In this document: positions 63,427 to 64,000 of the stretch, piece by piece
Layout of the letters: every line of letters starts with the position of its first letter
Numbering within the stretch: position 1 is the first letter of the stretch
Source: Thermoplasmata archaeon
GTDB taxonomy: Archaea; Thermoplasmatota; Thermoplasmata; Lutacidiplasmatales; UBA184
Direction of reading: 5' to 3'
DNA: 64,000 nt
Assembly: GCA_050749465.1 (NCBI GenBank)
Contig: JBOGRO010000015.1
Coordinates: 42,341 to 106,340 of the forward strand
Translations under genes and position numbers: made by a program
Notes under the pieces: model-generated
Database searches by the model: none
What the model was told of the DNA's origin: nothing
What the model saw: only the letters and a program-made list of their open reading frames with translations

Positions 63427-64000
63427 TCAACGATACGACTCCTTCGCGTACGACGCACCCTTCGGGTACTTCTCCTTCAGGTGCGCGACGAACTTCTCGG
63501 GGGTCTTCTCGAGATGGGCGGCGTACCACTGGACGACGACGTCGCGGAGGACGCGGTGAAGCTCCCGGACGTCGACCTCGTCCTCCGGCGCGTCGTAGAG
63601 GACGGCCTGGCTCATCATGCGCATCCAGCCGGAGTACCGGTGGTAGCTCTCGCCGTCGCACCACTCGAAGATCGAGCGGAGGTGGGTCTTCCCCTCGGGG
63701 GTCCGGTAGTACCAAGAGCGGAGCGTGAAGCCTACCCAGCCCGCCGCGCGGTCCGAGAGCTCGACCGTCTTGACGGCGCCAAAGTCGAAGTTCTCGCGGA
63801 ACGTCCAGGTCGTGGGATACTCGACGAAGGTCGCGAAGAGCGTCTGCGACGGGTCGATCGTGAGGTGGACGCCGATCTCCTCGAACTGATTGTGGACCTC
63901 CCACAGGTCCTGGAGGAGACGCTGGTTGAGCTTCGCCCGATGCGTCAGGTCCTCGCCGGTCTTCGCGCCCGCCGCCTGCTGGGTACGGGCGAGCTCGGAC
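63427..64000 (-). CDS. Partial CDS (5' end beyond the window), hypothetical protein.
   Basis: The open frame runs from the window edge (SELARTQQAAGAKTGEDLTHRAKLNQ...FDFGAVKTVELS...) to a stop at 63427. The ORF track lists only the M-initiated tail 63427..63624. Confidence 0.4.
   Translation of the reverse strand, partial: SELARTQQAAGAKTGEDLTHRAKLNQRLLQDLWEVHNQFEEIGVHLTIDPSQTLFATFVEYPTTWTFRENFDFGAVKTVELSDRAAGWVGFTLRSWYYRTPEGKTHLRSIFEWCDGESYHRYSGWMRMMSQAVLYDAPEDEVDVRELHRVLRDVVVQWYAAHLEKTPEKFVAHLKEKYPKGASYAKESYR

Noticed and set aside
1-64000. Searched for CRISPR arrays, transposases/integrases, IS elements, and phage or defence islands.
   Set aside because: There are no direct-repeat/spacer arrays and no recognisable transposase, integrase, Cas, restriction-modification or toxin-antitoxin catalytic motifs. 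The window looks like core chromosome.

Overview
This window is high-GC (about 70%) archaeal chromosomal DNA and is densely coding on both strands. Many genes overlap by 4 nt, which is typical of operon coupling. The ORF track is full of Arg/Glu-rich antisense 'shadow' ORFs that I do not call as genes.

Main content, in order along the window:
- A partial divergent HTH regulator, then a metallophosphoesterase and a thioredoxin-domain (DUF255) protein.
- The conserved archaeal exosome superoperon: psmA, sdo1, rrp4, rrp41, rrp42, rpl37ae and rpoP.
- An RNA/DNA-maintenance block: a glyoxalase-fold protein, an aRNase J-like MBL/beta-CASP nuclease, radB and ogt.
- The rps12-rps7-EF-2 (str) operon on the minus strand.
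- A family-4 uracil-DNA glycosylase immediately upstream of a family-B DNA polymerase.
- Nucleotide metabolism: purM and pyrC.
- A glycosylation-like membrane cluster: a Wzx/AglR-type flippase and a large GT-C-like membrane protein.
- A two-subunit 2-oxoacid:ferredoxin oxidoreductase, followed by moaD-moaE and an Mrp/ApbC protein.
- A conserved archaeal housekeeping block: TraB, a GPN-loop GTPase, srp19, rps8e, rnhB, an SCP2 protein, pdaD, a SIS protein and rlmE.
- A tRNA-Pro(GGG) that is not in the ORF track.
- A large aerobic-respiration supercluster on the minus strand: tatA, tatC, a TatA/B-like gene, Rieske, cytochrome b, small subunits, heme-copper oxidase subunit I, a short ctaA and ctaB. 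This resembles the Sulfolobus SoxM supercomplex. Cupredoxin genes and an apparently split or frameshifted oxidase subunit II lie nearby.
- A D,D-heptose pathway pair (gmhA, hddA) coupled to a CBS-ParB nuclease fusion.
- An XPD/Rad3 helicase, a ferredoxin, mdh, panE, pgk, cutA and the DNA polymerase D small subunit.

I found no CRISPR arrays, transposases or integrases. The co-occurrence of PolD and PolB with the exosome superoperon points to a non-crenarchaeal, Thermoplasmatota/Euryarchaeota-like lineage; this is an inference, not a database result.

The candidate-novel observations, ranked:
1. Oxidase subunit II is interrupted by a single-T frameshift exactly in the loop between TM1 and TM2, and a new ATG is created at the junction.
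2. Three tandem palindromes (TACTAC-N-GTAGTA) form an AT-rich island between ogt and EF-2; a related palindrome overlaps the promoter of a PhoU-like regulator.
3. RNase HII has no canonical start codon upstream of its catalytic DEAGRG motif.
4. EF-2 has a P-loop Asp-to-His substitution.
5. A tandem cupredoxin has one degenerate copper site and many N-glycosylation sequons.
6. Two overlapping small coiled-coil ORFs fill an otherwise empty 590-bp gap.
7. A CBS-ParB nuclease is translationally coupled to the heptose genes.

Coordinates of internally re-assigned starts may be off by 1-2 nt.
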